Positions 25,297 to 39,069 of a stretch of 64,000 nt of DNA are shown here, piece by piece; the stretch's first letter is position 1, and every line of letters starts with the position of its first letter. A program made the translations under genes and the position numbers. The notes beneath the pieces are model-generated. The model ran no database searches and was not told the origin of the DNA. It saw only the letters and a program-made list of their open reading frames with translations. The DNA is from Schmidtea polychroa (Eukaryota), in NCBI GenBank assembly GCA_044892525.1, contig CM097885.1:20524001-20588000 (forward strand), read 5' to 3'.

Positions 25297-28200
25297 TATA
25301 ATTTTCAAAAGTATTTCATGTTAGCGTAATTAATTTAATAAAAAATAAAATTTAATTTGCTTTTCAAGGATTAAACAAAAATTTATAAATTAAAAAATTA
25401 AAACATTATATAAATATAGTTTTATTAAAAACGTAAAATCTTGTTACGAATCATGATAAAAAAACTTTTTTGTGAAAATTTAAACAAATTAATTTAATTA
25501 ATTTTTTTATATCCAAATTTAAGATTGTCAAAATATTTCTTAATTTAGCCCGCGAAATCGATGCACATATTTTTTCAGGTTGAGTTAAATTTTGAAGCTA
25601 AAGAATTACAGTCAGCATGTCTTGATAAGAAGGTAAAGCTTCATTTTTTTCAATTTTGTCTTGCGTAAAACAAATTTTCATTATCTTATTCATAAATAAT
25701 TTCTTTTAATTATTTAAAAGATTTTTTAAAAAATAAACTGAAAATATGATTTAAATCAAAGTTTGTCTTTTTCGTTTAGAAATATTGAAACTAATAGAGT
25801 GAACTAATATGCAAATAATATTGAAATATGATCATATCACATTTCTATCTTATATATGTAGATTCATGACAATGAGACTCGTCTGTTCGCAATGTTTGGT
25901 GATGCAATTTCATACAAATTTAATATTCTTATTCATGTGATCCTTGGAGATGTCATTCATTTCAAGTTTTAAAATCTAGACTTTCTTTTATTTATACAAT
26001 GTTCTTATGTTTCTTATTTTATATATATTTATTTCTTACAAAACACAGATTTAGACTTGTTTTTAAATATTTTTAAAATTAATAAATTATTGAAAAATAA
26101 TAATTACTATTATTTTATTAGTATTAATATTTAATATTTAATATTAATATTTATTTAGTATTAAATTTAAATGTATTAACAGTTGCAAATGGCAAAGCCG
26201 AAAATTTGTGTTAAACCGAATGGATTGATTCTATAGTTAAAATGAAAACAGTAAATATTAAATAAGTTTAAATGATTTGGTAATTAATGGTATTTTAATA
26301 ATATATTAATATTTATTAATGAAAAAATAGTACATAGATTATATAATAAATTTTTTTAAAAACACGAAAATATATGATATTTATATTTAATGTGAAGAAT
26401 ACTTTTAATATTTCATTATATATCAAAAACATAAATAATTGAGAGATTTTTAATTTACTTGTTAGACTGTGTTGTCCAAGAATTTTTGATATCCATTAAG
26501 TTTTAATGATATATATATTTTACTACAATATGTGTCGACAGAATCACTGTCATCTTTAGGTAGAATTGAAAATCAAACTAAATCAATATAAATTGCTCTT
26601 TTTTAAACAAACTAGTTAACTGATTTCGCTAAAAATTCTCAAAATTCTGCTTTTTCAATTCAATTTTAAAAATTTAAAACTTTTAAAACTCACAAAAGTT
26701 GAAATCAAACAACATCTTAATAAATTTTTCACAAAATTGTGTTTACTAATATTAATCAATTCGCTTCAATAAACAATTTATTAGTTTGTCTTGTTAATTT
26801 TTGATTGAGTTATTTGAATTAAAATTGTATTTTTTCTGTGATAATATTTCTAAAAAATTTTAAAAATTCATCTAAATACTCTAAAAAATGAATATTATAA
26901 TATTTGGCATTATGTCGCTAGTTTTTTGTCTCTTGTTTTAACATTTTACAAATATATTTAATATCCATAAAAAAAGAAATTTTATTAAATCTTATTTAGA
27001 TTCAAACATATTCAAAAACCAGTATAAATGTCTGTCAAAAGATGGTTGCATTGTGACTCAAAAAATATTGTATCTTAATATGCTTTTGAAACTTAATTAA
27101 TTTAAATTAATATACTATTAAAATTAAATTTCAATTTGAAAATAATGTGATTTTCCAAATTTCGTTGTCATTGTTGAGTGTTTTGTGTAAGTCTGTATCA
27201 CTGTCTGACTACATGGTGTCATTTTATTAATCAAATCGAACCACCCAACACAATAATATTTATTTGGAATTATCGCAATTACACCACCTTTTTTTATTAC
27301 ACACTTTACTGAAACAATCTCAATCTACACAACTTTAAAGAACTCTTTTTACTCTGCACACTTTTCAATTCAAACCTGAACCTTGCACAGGGATAAATCT
27401 TCCAATGGGAGATGTCCCTTTCTGGTACGCTGAATTCAAAACGATTTGGTTATCACTAGGTTAAATTCGCCTTTGCTTTCTTTCGTTATAATTTTCTTTC
27501 TTTGACCTACTAGCCATTCTGTTTACTTGTCGGTCGCTTTTATACCCATCTTTTTTTTATTATTATTTATTATCTCCTAATCAAATTTCTTTGGATCCTA
27601 AAACCCCGGGTTTCCTCTTACCGACCTAATTATTTTAAGCAAATTGTTCATTTTTTTGTTGGCTTGCCTCAATTTCATTATTCGTTGGCTGATTCAATTG
27701 CCTCTAGCTAATTTGATGGACCATTCGAGTCCTCTCACACTGCTCGGGCTTCCCATTAGCTCCGGTTTTCTATTAGCTAATTAATTTTTAATTTTTTGTA
27801 ATTATTTCCTTCTAGGGACCCCCATTGACTTTATTTTTATCATATTTGAACTCATCTCATTGTTCTGCATCCGCCCATACCAGATTACTCCGGAAATATT
27901 CATTTAAAAATTTTTTTGATTTTGTACTTTAAATTATTATTGTGGTTTTGATATTTTTAATGTTTTTCACCTCGTTTTTGTGCCTCTTTTGTTGAACCCC
28001 AACACCATTATCGTGATAATTAGGTAAAAATTCAAATCAATAAGTTACATTTATTTAAAATAAGAATTTAGCGTTTTAAAAAGAATTGATTGGTTAATTT
28101 GAATCAGTTTTACATCAATTGATGGTAAGGGCTCAATTTTAAGGAATCATTGAAATAAAAATGTAATGTTATCGTTTAAAATTAAATGTTATTTACATAT

Positions 28201-28933
28201 AATTAATTTTTATTTAGTTCTCTAATTTGACATTTACTACTTTTTCAGTAACAGACTCAATCGGAAATGTACAGAAGGATATATCTGTGGGTCGTGAGTT
28301 TTTGTTGGTGATGGTTCAATACAAATGCTTTGTTGAAAACAGAACAGAATTTATTGTTTTGTTTTTTCAAAATTAATTAGAAAAAAGATGATGTTAACGG
28401 AAAGATTCAGTGAGACAACTACTGTTTTGTGGTTAATTAGATTTCAAAATATCACAGTATCCGCTTAGAACTCTACGATAATTAATATGAATATTGTTTC
28501 TGTGAGGAGAATGTTTCCCATAGTTACAAAGGCAAAATCGGATTGATTTCATCTATAACAGATCCCATGAATGATAATTAATACGCAATGTCAATATTGA
28601 AATGAATGTATAGATTAAATGTTTCTTAGTATATCTTATAAATATAAAATGATTTTTTAAAATTATATAAATACAGTTACAATTAAAATAATAATAATAA
28701 AGTCTAGATACTTAAATCAGTGTATAAATCTTTACTAAAAATAATCAATAACCAGTAATTAATTAGTATTCATTTTAAACCTTTAAATAGCGTTACATCT
28801 ATATATTGTTACATGGAAAATTTTATATTTAAATTATTATTATTATTATTATTATAGATTTAAGGTTATTTAAAACAATTAAAATTTAAGAAATAAGAGA
28901 ATTAAAAATTTATTTTTAATTATTCTATTTAAT

Positions 28934-29001
<68 letters not shown>

Positions 29002-29442
29002 TAATCAAAGAAAAAAGGCAAATAATTGAAAATCACCAACTATATTAAAATATAACATTGTTACATATTTCGTCAGTTTAACTTTTTACTTTAGGCTAAG
29101 AATCGTATAAATAACAACTAAATGAAATAAGAATATTCAAACCAATTAACAAGTAATAATCTTAATAAAATTGTATCAAAAATATTTTAATAAAATATTT
29201 CTTCTTTTCCTACACTTCATAAAATGATCAATAATGCGGGTCAATCAATTCCGTCGCCAATGCTCACTAACTCGAGAGCCGAGATGACGGGCAGTTACAT
29301 GAAAATTGATACACGAGTTCTGAACACAGATCAACTGGAGTTGGAGACTTATTAGTGAACATGCTACCAGCCTTGCAAGACGTTGAAACAATATTGTATC
29401 CTATAAAATACTATGAAAATCTTAGTTGTTATTAATACGATT

Positions 29443-29487
29443 TTTAGCCTGAAGAAGACTGTTAAACGGTCGAAATATATAGCAAAG
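29443..29487 (+). ncRNA. Minimal type I hammerhead-ribozyme-like motif (Penelope-associated type)
   Basis: CTGAAGA-A-GACTG ttaaa CGGTC-GAAA-TATA-TA; stem II pairs, palindromic stem III, weak stem I. Confidence 0.6.
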
Positions 29488-29777
29488 TTATATTTTAATA
29501 TACCTAGTTGGAGATTTTAATAATAATAATAATAACAATAATAATAACAACAATAATAATAGTAATAATAACAATAACTAGAACAATATATAATTCTTCA
29601 AAAGCAGGTTCCGATGATTTTCTTATTCAACTAAATTTTTAATAAATTATAAACTAGAAAATTGTATTGTTTGACAAAATATCGGATATCCGTAGCTTTT
29701 ATGCCTATTGTTTAAATATTTAATGAACAATTTAATAACAGTAAACTTAAAAACAATAATGATATTATTCTTAAAAC

Positions 29778-29834
<57 letters not shown>

Positions 29835-30059
29835 TAGGAGCTCCGTCCCTGTTCGCTTCGCTTCACCAACCCCGTTAGAACGCTGGAAATAATAGCGGGA
29901 AAATGATAATCATATCACGTTTGAAGAAAGGAACGAAGCGGAGGCGTTAAGTAAGCATAGTACAACGATGTTATTGGAGTTTTTTAAGTTAAACATGATT
30001 AATGAATTTAGTCGAACACTTACATATGATAAACTTCCCATACACTGTAGGTTATTGGT

Positions 30060-31165
30060 ATAGAATTGGTATAGAATTATTGGTATTGAATTATTGGTAT
30101 GAGGCCCATGAGTCATATGTTTTATTACCTTATACCATAATCTTGGACTTTCTTCCTTATTTGGAATTTCTGCACATACGTACGCATCCACTTCATCGGT
30201 AGTTAAAAGCTTTTTAGCAAGTGTTATAATGAGATGAACGTGTGGTAATCCTCTTTTCTGAAATTCAATCGTATATACATATGCAGCGATTGAACCGAAT
30301 AACGATGGCAATTTCTCTATTAGTTCTTTAACTTTTCCATCGAAAATTCGTGCCACCATATAACTCATATCATTTGCGGATGCCCCAGATGGTAGATGCT
30401 TATCTCTATATCGTTTTATTTCAGGCCAATCTGGATTGCATGTCATAGTGATGAATAAATCTGGTTGGCCTATGGTTCTACTAATGGCCATGGCATCTTG
30501 ATATAGATTTGCCATATCTCTTGGACTTCCTTTGAAAGTCGCTGGAAGAATTGTTGTATTTCCTACTCTAGGGTTTTTTTCTTCGAGGTTTAATCTCTAT
30601 TGGCAATGTTATCCATTAATCCCTGTCTTGATTCTGTCCTTAATGTGGCTTGATGAAACTGAATATAATTAAGCCTTTGTGATTCAACTGTTAAATATGC
30701 ATAGATCAGATAGTGCTGTGTCAATCTTCCATAACATAATAATAGATTGATTTCACTGCGAGTAGCCAGTCGATGTCCATAATATTGAAGCGGACTTAAA
30801 TTTTTGTTTAACCCGGTTTGCTTCATTTAATAATTCCATCCAGGATCACTCGCTGGAAATAATAGCGGGAATAACATCGGATCAGCATGCCATGATGTAC
30901 TTTTAACGTAATTATTGTCCTTCTTCCCCTTTTGGTAAACCCTAATGCCTACACACCGTGGAACTTCTCCCTCTCTTGTAGCGATAACAGCGGCAATGCC
31001 ATCACATGTGGAAAGGTTATAACGTCTTTGATCATCTGCTTTGAATTCCATGAAATTTAAACACAACATATTAATTCCGCTTCAATTATATTGCTCATAT
31101 AAATTTCTATATGCCTTGGCATATGGATTAGACATCATTACTTCACCGATCTTTTTCGTGGTGGA
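30060..31165 (-). pseudogene. Helitron Rep (HUH endonuclease) fragment
   Basis: DPMLFPLLFP..GW, LPATFKGSPRDMANLYQDAMAI, PDLFITMTCNPDWPEI, EFQKRGLPHVH and MTHGP; several in-frame stops. Confidence 0.92.
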
Positions 31166-31494
31166 AACGGCAATGAGATTAATCATACGTAAGATAGGGA
31201 TTATATTTTTACAATGTGAAATTTTAACTGGTGATCACAAAGGCGAAATAGTGTCTATTCCACGAATAACACTGAACTCTGCAGATGATGGATCATGTAC
31301 ATTTATACTTCATAAAACGCAATTTCGGTTACAGTTTTGAACAAGTTGGATTATATCTTACACCAGTTCACCCTATTCTTGGACATGGCCAACTATATGT
31401 GGCCTTATCTAGGTGTAGATCAAGAAAGGGAATATTAATTCAAGTGGAAGGAAATGTAATAGATAACATAGTATACAAAGAAGTTCTGAGTTAA
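31166..31494 (+). pseudogene. Helitron PIF1-like helicase C-terminus, inverted relative to Rep
   Basis: EILTGDHKGEIVSIPRITL, VGLYL..HGQLYVALSR, NIVYKEVL. Confidence 0.88.
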
Positions 31495-32996
31495 AATAAA
31501 TAAAATAAATTTTTATTAGTTTGGCTGTTTCTTTTTTTTGTAATTGGTCAAGTCGTGGTAGATATTTAACAGGTTTACGTCTAATTCATACGTGAACATC
31601 TATAACCAGCATTTTTTGGGCCTAACAATGCCCGACAATACAGACACTGATTATCTTGGCCACTCAAACTATTTATTTTCAGTTGTCTTTTTTAATTTTT
31701 TATGATGTATTCATTCTTTTATACTTATCGTTTTACTTTATCATAGTTATATAAACATATTAATAAACTGAATTATATTCTTGTCCAACAATACCCTGGA
31801 TATAAACTTTAACATTAACGGGTTTGGTGAAAAATAAAAAATAAAAAAAATATAAAAAAAAATTTTAAAAAAGAATAATAAAATAAAACTAAATTAAAAA
31901 CAATTTAAAAAATAATAAAAAAAAATTTAAAAAAAAACCAAAAAAAATATATAAAAAATAAATTAAAAAATAAAAAATAATAATAATAATAAATAAATAA
32001 AATAAAAAAATAAAATTAAAAAAATTTAAAAAAAAATTAAATAAAATAAATAAAAAAACCAAAAAAAATAATAATAAAAAAATTTAAAAAAAATAATAAA
32101 AAATAAAAAAAAAATTTTAAAAAATATAAAAAAGAATAATAAAAAAAATAAATGAATAAAATAAAATAATAAAATAAAAATTAAAAAAAATAGTAAAATT
32201 CGGATGGAGGGAACTCTTAGCTTTTTTATATATAGAGAGATTATTATTATTATTACATAAATAATCATAGACAATTTTTCAACGACGGGTTTTGATTATT
32301 TTCATATTTAAATAAATATTGTATTAATATATAAACTCAAAAATATCGACAAAATTGCGGATATTTGTAGTTGTTTTTATATTGTTTGAACATTGCTTAA
32401 ATAAGGATATTGTTTAAATATTTATAGAACAATGAATTTATTGCAATTCATTGCAAAGCCTTCTGTTTAATATTATAATAAAATATTATAATATTATAAT
32501 ATTATTATAAAATATTATTAACTTAAGTTAGATGTTTGCGTGACATTAGTTTCAGTCAATAACTGCCTAAAAATATCCAAAAACTATTTTTTTGAGTGGA
32601 CATTAAATAGAGTCCATCCATCATTATTGAAATTTAATTATCATTGTCAATAATTTATATGAAATTTTCCCTTAATATTTTATAAGGAAAAAATGCATTA
32701 ATTGAAACACAACAGAAAAACTTAATGAAACGCTTAATGAAATAAATTATTTATCTAAAAAGACTATTAAATTAATGTGCTAATATTTTGACAAATTAAT
32801 TATCAGTTTGAAGTTGTATATAAAATAGACCAATACTTAATTAACTTAAAATTGTGTGCTCATTTTCCATCAAGATGTTTTTGAACGGAGCTGGATCTAT
32901 TTCAAACTTTTACCAAATGAGTTTGACTGTATGGGCCCAGTAAGTGTGTGTATGTATGCATTCATCTAATATTGTATACATTTTTCTACGTATAGC

Positions 32997-33145
<149 letters not shown>

Positions 33146-33331
33146 GACAGGTTGGTACCCGGTTATTTTCGAAAAATAACCTAACCTAATATATTTTTTT
33201 GATATTGTTTTGACATTTTATAAATATTAATGTAAAAATTGTTGAATTAAAAAAATATCGAAAGTTAAACCAAAAGATAAATATGATTATTATTAATTAA
33301 TATTTTTTTTATTATTATTAAGATTATTATA

Positions 33332-33414
<83 letters not shown>

Positions 33415-35072
33415 GTATAAAGTGATGAGTTCTTGATAGCAGCATTTATTATTTAAAACAATAAAGTGATAATTTAAGCATTTTGCTGTGAATAATGTAT
33501 TTAATGAAAATATTTTCGACTATAAGATAGTCCTTGTCAATCTCCTGGAATTTAGCAATCTTCTTCCCGAAAATACATTTCTATCTTTCTTTTATTTCCT
33601 TTTTCTTAATTCTCATTGGTTATAAATATAATATATACTTTCTTTTTATGAATTTTTTTATTAAAAATTTCTAAAATTTTATTTAAAATTAAAAATAAAA
33701 TAAATTAAATATCTATATTATTCATTTAAATATTTTTATATTTAAACAAGTCTACGATTAATTATATTATTTAAAAAATAATGTATCATTTAAATTTTTC
33801 AAAGATTGGCGTCAAAAATTTATGAAAACTAAAATAACAATACTTTAGTCTAGTCGCAATTTTGAATTAATTATCTCAAATTTTAATATGATGCTTTTAG
33901 TTTCATTAGTTTATTTTAATTTTTATTTTAAAAAATTATTATTGAAAATTGATAATTATAGTTTTAGAAAATTTTATTTCAAAAGATATGTTTACACAAA
34001 TTTCGCAAGTTTATCCTTGAAATATTTGCACCACAAATTTTAATTCTAATTTTAATGTTAAAAATATTTCCTAATATATTAAATAAATATTTTCAATTTT
34101 ATTTTTAAAAAATAATAATTATTTTTAAAAAAATTAAATTAAAATTTTTTATTCAACACGCAATATTTAAAATCAAGTAGATTTTTGATAAATATGAGGA
34201 ACTTGTCTGACTTTTCATTTATGTGAGGATATGGAAATAATATATGTCCTCTTCTATACTCTTATTTATCCTTACATTTCTATATTTCCGTTTGATTTAA
34301 ATGGTTTTTATAATATAGATTTAAACACAAAGAAGTACATTCTTATAAAGGTTTTGCGATATTCGGTTGATAAATAATTATAGTATAAAATATATATACA
34401 CCCAACTCTTTTTTACACGAATTTGAAAGTACACTAAACAAAAAAACTGTCTTTCTTATTTTGTACGTTTTATTAAATTTGAAACAATTTCAAAATCATT
34501 GCATTGTAAGTATTTACAAAGGTATCAAAAAAATTACTTTTTTATTACCACACTTAAATGACTTGTCAGCGCTGTTATTTTAGTGAATATAAAATCCCCA
34601 ATCAAAGCTGTGCTTCGCTATTATATAAAATGAAGCTTAAATGCAACAATATGCCTACGTATTGGTGAATTTGCATGTAACTGTATCAGTAGCGGTTCAT
34701 GAATGATTTATGTGGCAGAGCTGGAAAATATTACAAAAAGAAAAATCACTACGAGTTGATAAAACCGCATTTTTATTGACATATATTTATTTAAACATAT
34801 TTATTATCATAACATCATATATAACGTATTTATAAAATACAAAAACAATATAAAAAATAATTATCTTACCTTTTAAAATTTGTTAAACGTAACCTTTACA
34901 TGTCTTTATTACTCAGTGCTTTGTTACTTTGCACTGTCCATGCACTGAACATGTAATAGTATGACATAATATTTTAAACCTAAAATAATAATATTTAACA
35001 AATAATAATAATATTTTAAAAATTAATTGAAATAGTCAACAAATAAAAAACAAATCATACAGTATACATTTA

Positions 35073-35455
35073 TTAACCATCAAATTTTTTATACAACAAC
35101 CATGCCAAACAGTGTTGACCACATGTTTGAGTCAATGGATTTTGAAACATAGTTTAATTATATACAATAGGTTTCCCAATTGTTTGCAGTTTTGATATCA
35201 ACAAAGCAGGATAATAGAACCCATAGGATCGAATACGAATATATTACTAGGTTTCACATATATAGCTATCCAATGTTCTCCACCAAGATGAGACGAATGA
35301 GTATTGACGATTATGGCTTGATTATTGCTCAAATAAGGAATTTTATCGAGAGGAAAAACTGCTAAAAATTCATTTCCTAATATTTGTTTTCCAATTCGAT
35401 TAACCTGAACAGAACTACTTTATTAAATTAAACAGTATCAATAAACTTACTCCAT
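35073..35455 (-). pseudogene. Adenain-like (C5) cysteine maturation protease; absent from the ORF track
   Basis: Manual translation: FLAVFPLDKIP..IIVNTHSSHLGGEHWIAIY..FVFDPMG / ..YN*TMFQNPLTQTCGQHCLAWL. Catalytic His, Asp, Gln and Cys are present; one frameshift and one stop. Confidence 0.9.
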
Positions 35456-35482
35456 GACAACTTTCTATATTTCTGTATACAT

Positions 35483-35685
35483 TTATACTAGCACAGTTCT
35501 ATTTGCAGTAATTTGAACTTCATTTTCAAATACTCCATATATTATAACATGTACTGGTTCTGTAATGGCCTTTGCAAACTTTATATCCAGTCGTAAATTC
35601 CCGTTTTGTGGTAGATGACTCTGATTTAAATCAAAATCGGGGGTTAAAACAAATGTGAAAAATGGGTCAGCGTCGGTGTACACCT
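35483..35685 (-). pseudogene. Polinton major capsid protein (PY), C-terminal part
   Basis: FTFVLTPDF..LPQNGNLRLDIKFAKAITEPVHVIIYGVFENEVQITANRTV; typical PY C-terminus, directly upstream of the protease. Confidence 0.85.
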
Positions 35686-38600
35686 TATGCAGTGCCTCTG
35701 ATTGGGCCTTGATGGTGAGCCGCTGGCATCTGCTTTCTTCTGGGAGACTGTAACGACAGTGCTCCAAACGTAAGATTTTGGTACGCTCCTCTTTCATTTG
35801 TGGCGGGGAGAACCACGTGCCCTCGTATGTGTCTATACGTTTCTTCAGAACCCCGATATATATGTGCAGCTTTCTTATATCCTCGTTCTTGTCTGCGCAA
35901 GAAAAACAAGGTCGTAGGTCTTTGTTGGGAACGTTGGTTGCTGCCATACCTGGAAAGAAAAGAAAGTTCCCTATCATAATTTGTGGTAAACATTTATGCA
36001 TTCTGATCGGATCAGTTAGTGCTTAAAAATATCAGTCACAGCTTTCCCCTTCACTCAACGTAAAATTATAACTCCTCCGAAGACCTCAAATAGAATCCCC
36101 CTGCAACCCGTACTCATTCGCATCAGTTCTACGCATCGCACTACAACATTCCACGGTCGTTTGTAATTCAAGCTCAAAATCGGGCTGGTGGGTTAACTTT
36201 TAATTACCCATTAATTACATTTCTAAGGCATCAATCCTCTCATTTTTCTCCTTTTCAATCATACTCAAAGCTAAATTACCCAGGGTATATATGGTATGTT
36301 ATGACACCGCAAAAAAAATCATGAAACACATTTTTGACAACCGGACAATGAGAGACTGAGAAAGATTTGATCAAGGTAAAGCTATTAATTGCGAGAACAA
36401 AATGTTCCCGAATCCCTTTAATAATTCGAAATTTTTCGGGTCGATATTGGTTTTCCCTCGTCGTGCCGTAACTATTGGAATTTTATTCACGTCATTGTTA
36501 AAATCGGTAGTGCAACTGTCGTGGAGATATTCTAAATTATAGTGCTTACGTAATCTTTAACATTATCACTGTTTATAGGCACTAGTGTAATTTTCCAGCA
36601 TTGCGCAAGCCATCAGATACATAAAATAGTCATCAAAAGAAACGCTAGCATTATAACTAAGTTTAACGAAAAATTTGTCAAATAGTTTGGAAAAATTGAA
36701 ATTCACTTTGATTATTCATTCCTCTAACGAAAATTTGTCTTAACATCAGAATGTCTATTGTGCAGGATACGTCGTCGGCACAAGGCGGTATTGTTATCTC
36801 TATTACGATGTGGATAAAGGGCAATTCAGGTTTGTGTAATTTCCACTCGATGATGAGAGATGTTTATCTCAGATCAGCAAAAATTTGCACTGGCAGATGT
36901 CTAGCTAGGGTAACGTCGAGGTGGAGATTCTGGTGGATTCGTTTATATTGAAGGTAAATATTTAAGTCTGTTATTAACGATTCTGATTTTTTGTTTGTAG
37001 ATTTGCAACCTTATCAGTGACAGCATCAGATCCACGCCATGATCTTGATGTCAGATTTTAGCTTTTCGAGAAAGAAAAATGGGTTCAAACGCTAACGCAA
37101 AAATCAGGGGTAGCAACAATCGCAAGAATGCTGGATTCTTCTTTTCAACCGACTGTTGGGTTTTTCAAATGATTTTCCTTCGACGAGTTGAATTTACCTA
37201 GGCCATATGGTTCGTTATGCCAAACGACGAAAGACAGATACTGTGTGATCATGTCGAAATATCTAAACTATGGCAATCTTCGATGCCTTTCAATTGAAAT
37301 TATTGGGATCATACACTGTTCATAAAAACGTCTGAATTCCACACTTCTCGTGGAAAACGCTTGAAGATATGTTTTTTCTAAGAAGTATTGGAAATATGCG
37401 TTTCCCATGGGAAGATTTTGAATGGATGTTATTTACGGAAGACTTTTGGAGTATGCTGTGTATGGAGAACATCTAACTTTATGTTTCCTATGGAAAATGT
37501 GGGAAATATATGCTTTTCATAGAAAATATTCGAAGCGTGTACTTTATGGAAATTAGTTAAACCCTATTCTGCTGATGGAAACTGTTGTAAATGCATGCTG
37601 GCTATGGATTGTATCCGAGAAATCTACTTCTTCCGATCGCACTCAACGAACTGGAGTTATTATTACCATTCTCTATAGTTCATCTCCGAGTTTCTCCACC
37701 CCTCATGACACACCCAAGAGTCACAGGCATCCTTGCCCACCACTCCCACACCGTCATGAGGGATAAATCCACTCACCACAACCTCAAATTCAATAAAAAG
37801 AAAAAATGAATTAATAAATAAATAAACACCATAGTAATAATTACCTGGCGACCATGCCATGTGGACCCCTCAATCACACTGCTTCCTCCAAATCGAAAAT
37901 CGTTTCGCACTGCACAATCCCCTCCCATGTTCTTCTGGGTTGACTATTCCAATTTCTGTCATCTCCATTAATACGATTTTCATGTACTTTCTAGTCGTGA
38001 TGAACATAAATGCGCCATTCATTAATCTCATTCTCGATCTCATAATTCTATTCGTTTTCGGAATTTCCGGAGTCTCCAACCCCAGTTTGGCATGTCCTGC
38101 AATGTGACCGAAGGCTCCAGATCGCACCGTCGCCAGTACCGTGAAGAAGAACTACTTTTGGATTTAATAAATTTTATTGATCTTTTATTTATTTTTAACA
38201 TAATCATAATGGCAAATATCAATCATAAGGGCAAATATCAATCATAATGGCAAATATATCATAACGCAATAAATTTCAAATCATACTGTAGACTTTCCGT
38301 AGGTAATAGAATTAGATTGGAATATACAAGTTATTTCTTGAGAATGATTCCTAAATAGAATTGGTCCCCAAATGCGTATTCTAGTTTCTAAATTAATAGT
38401 TGTAGCTGCTGTGGTTGTCCTCTGTAAGTGGTTGAGTAGGCCTAAAAATGTATGGTTTTGTTAAGAGTCGTCTTTTAAAAATAAATTTTTACCTGTATGG
38501 TTTTGTTAAGAGTCGTTATCGACTGATTTTATGCGTTACTTATATAGTAATTTTCGTCCAATCAGGACGCAGTTAGGGTGTATTTTTATTATTTATTGTT

Positions 38601-39069
38601 ATTTTCGTAGTTCTTATTGTTTTTTAATAAGTTTTATTTGTCTTATTTTATTTTTGTTATTATTTTATTATTCTCTTTATGCTGGTTATTTTTCCTTATT
38701 TTCCTATGGATTTTTTGTTGTTTCTTTTTAATGTAATTTTTTGTTTTAATTCACAGTATAAATTTTGGTACGGGGTTGTTTTATTTTTGTATTCTATTCC
38801 TTTAATTTTTATTTATTTCTTTAAATTTTATTATGTTATTTTTTCTTTTATTGGTTATATGTAACAGGTACCTTATTTCTTATCTTACTCTTTCTTTTAG
38901 AGATTTTATTATTTTATTATTTATTTCTATTTCTTTTAATATATTTCTTTGATTTCTCTTTGTGTTACTGGGATTTTGGTTAGAATTATCTTTATTTTAT
39001 TTTATTTATTTTGTGGGGTTCCTTTTCTCGCATCCGATCCAATTCTATTAACCTTCGAGACTTGGCCCA

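Larger units (their letters stand above)
29834..32240 (-). mobile_element. Non-autonomous, internally rearranged Helitron
   Basis: Minus strand starts TCTCTCTATATATAAAA (32240) and ends with a GC-rich tract plus CTAG (29834). Inserted between A and T within a (TAA)n tract; carries Rep and helicase fragments. Confidence 0.9.

Noticed and set aside
27160..28010. Possible solo LTR or LTR remnants (also ~23560 and ~28290)
   Set aside because: No partner repeat, clear TG..CA boundaries or TSD could be established.
34688..34725. Left Polinton terminus at CAGTAGCGG
   Set aside because: Does not match the right-end sequence beyond AGTAG, and no 6-bp TSD.
35483..36001. 172-aa ORF as one gene
   Set aside because: Chimera of inserted sequence and the MCP C-terminus.
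37575..37809. HAGYG as a phosphatase active-site motif
   Set aside because: Lacks the in-frame Cys and Arg of HCxxGxxR; no supporting context.
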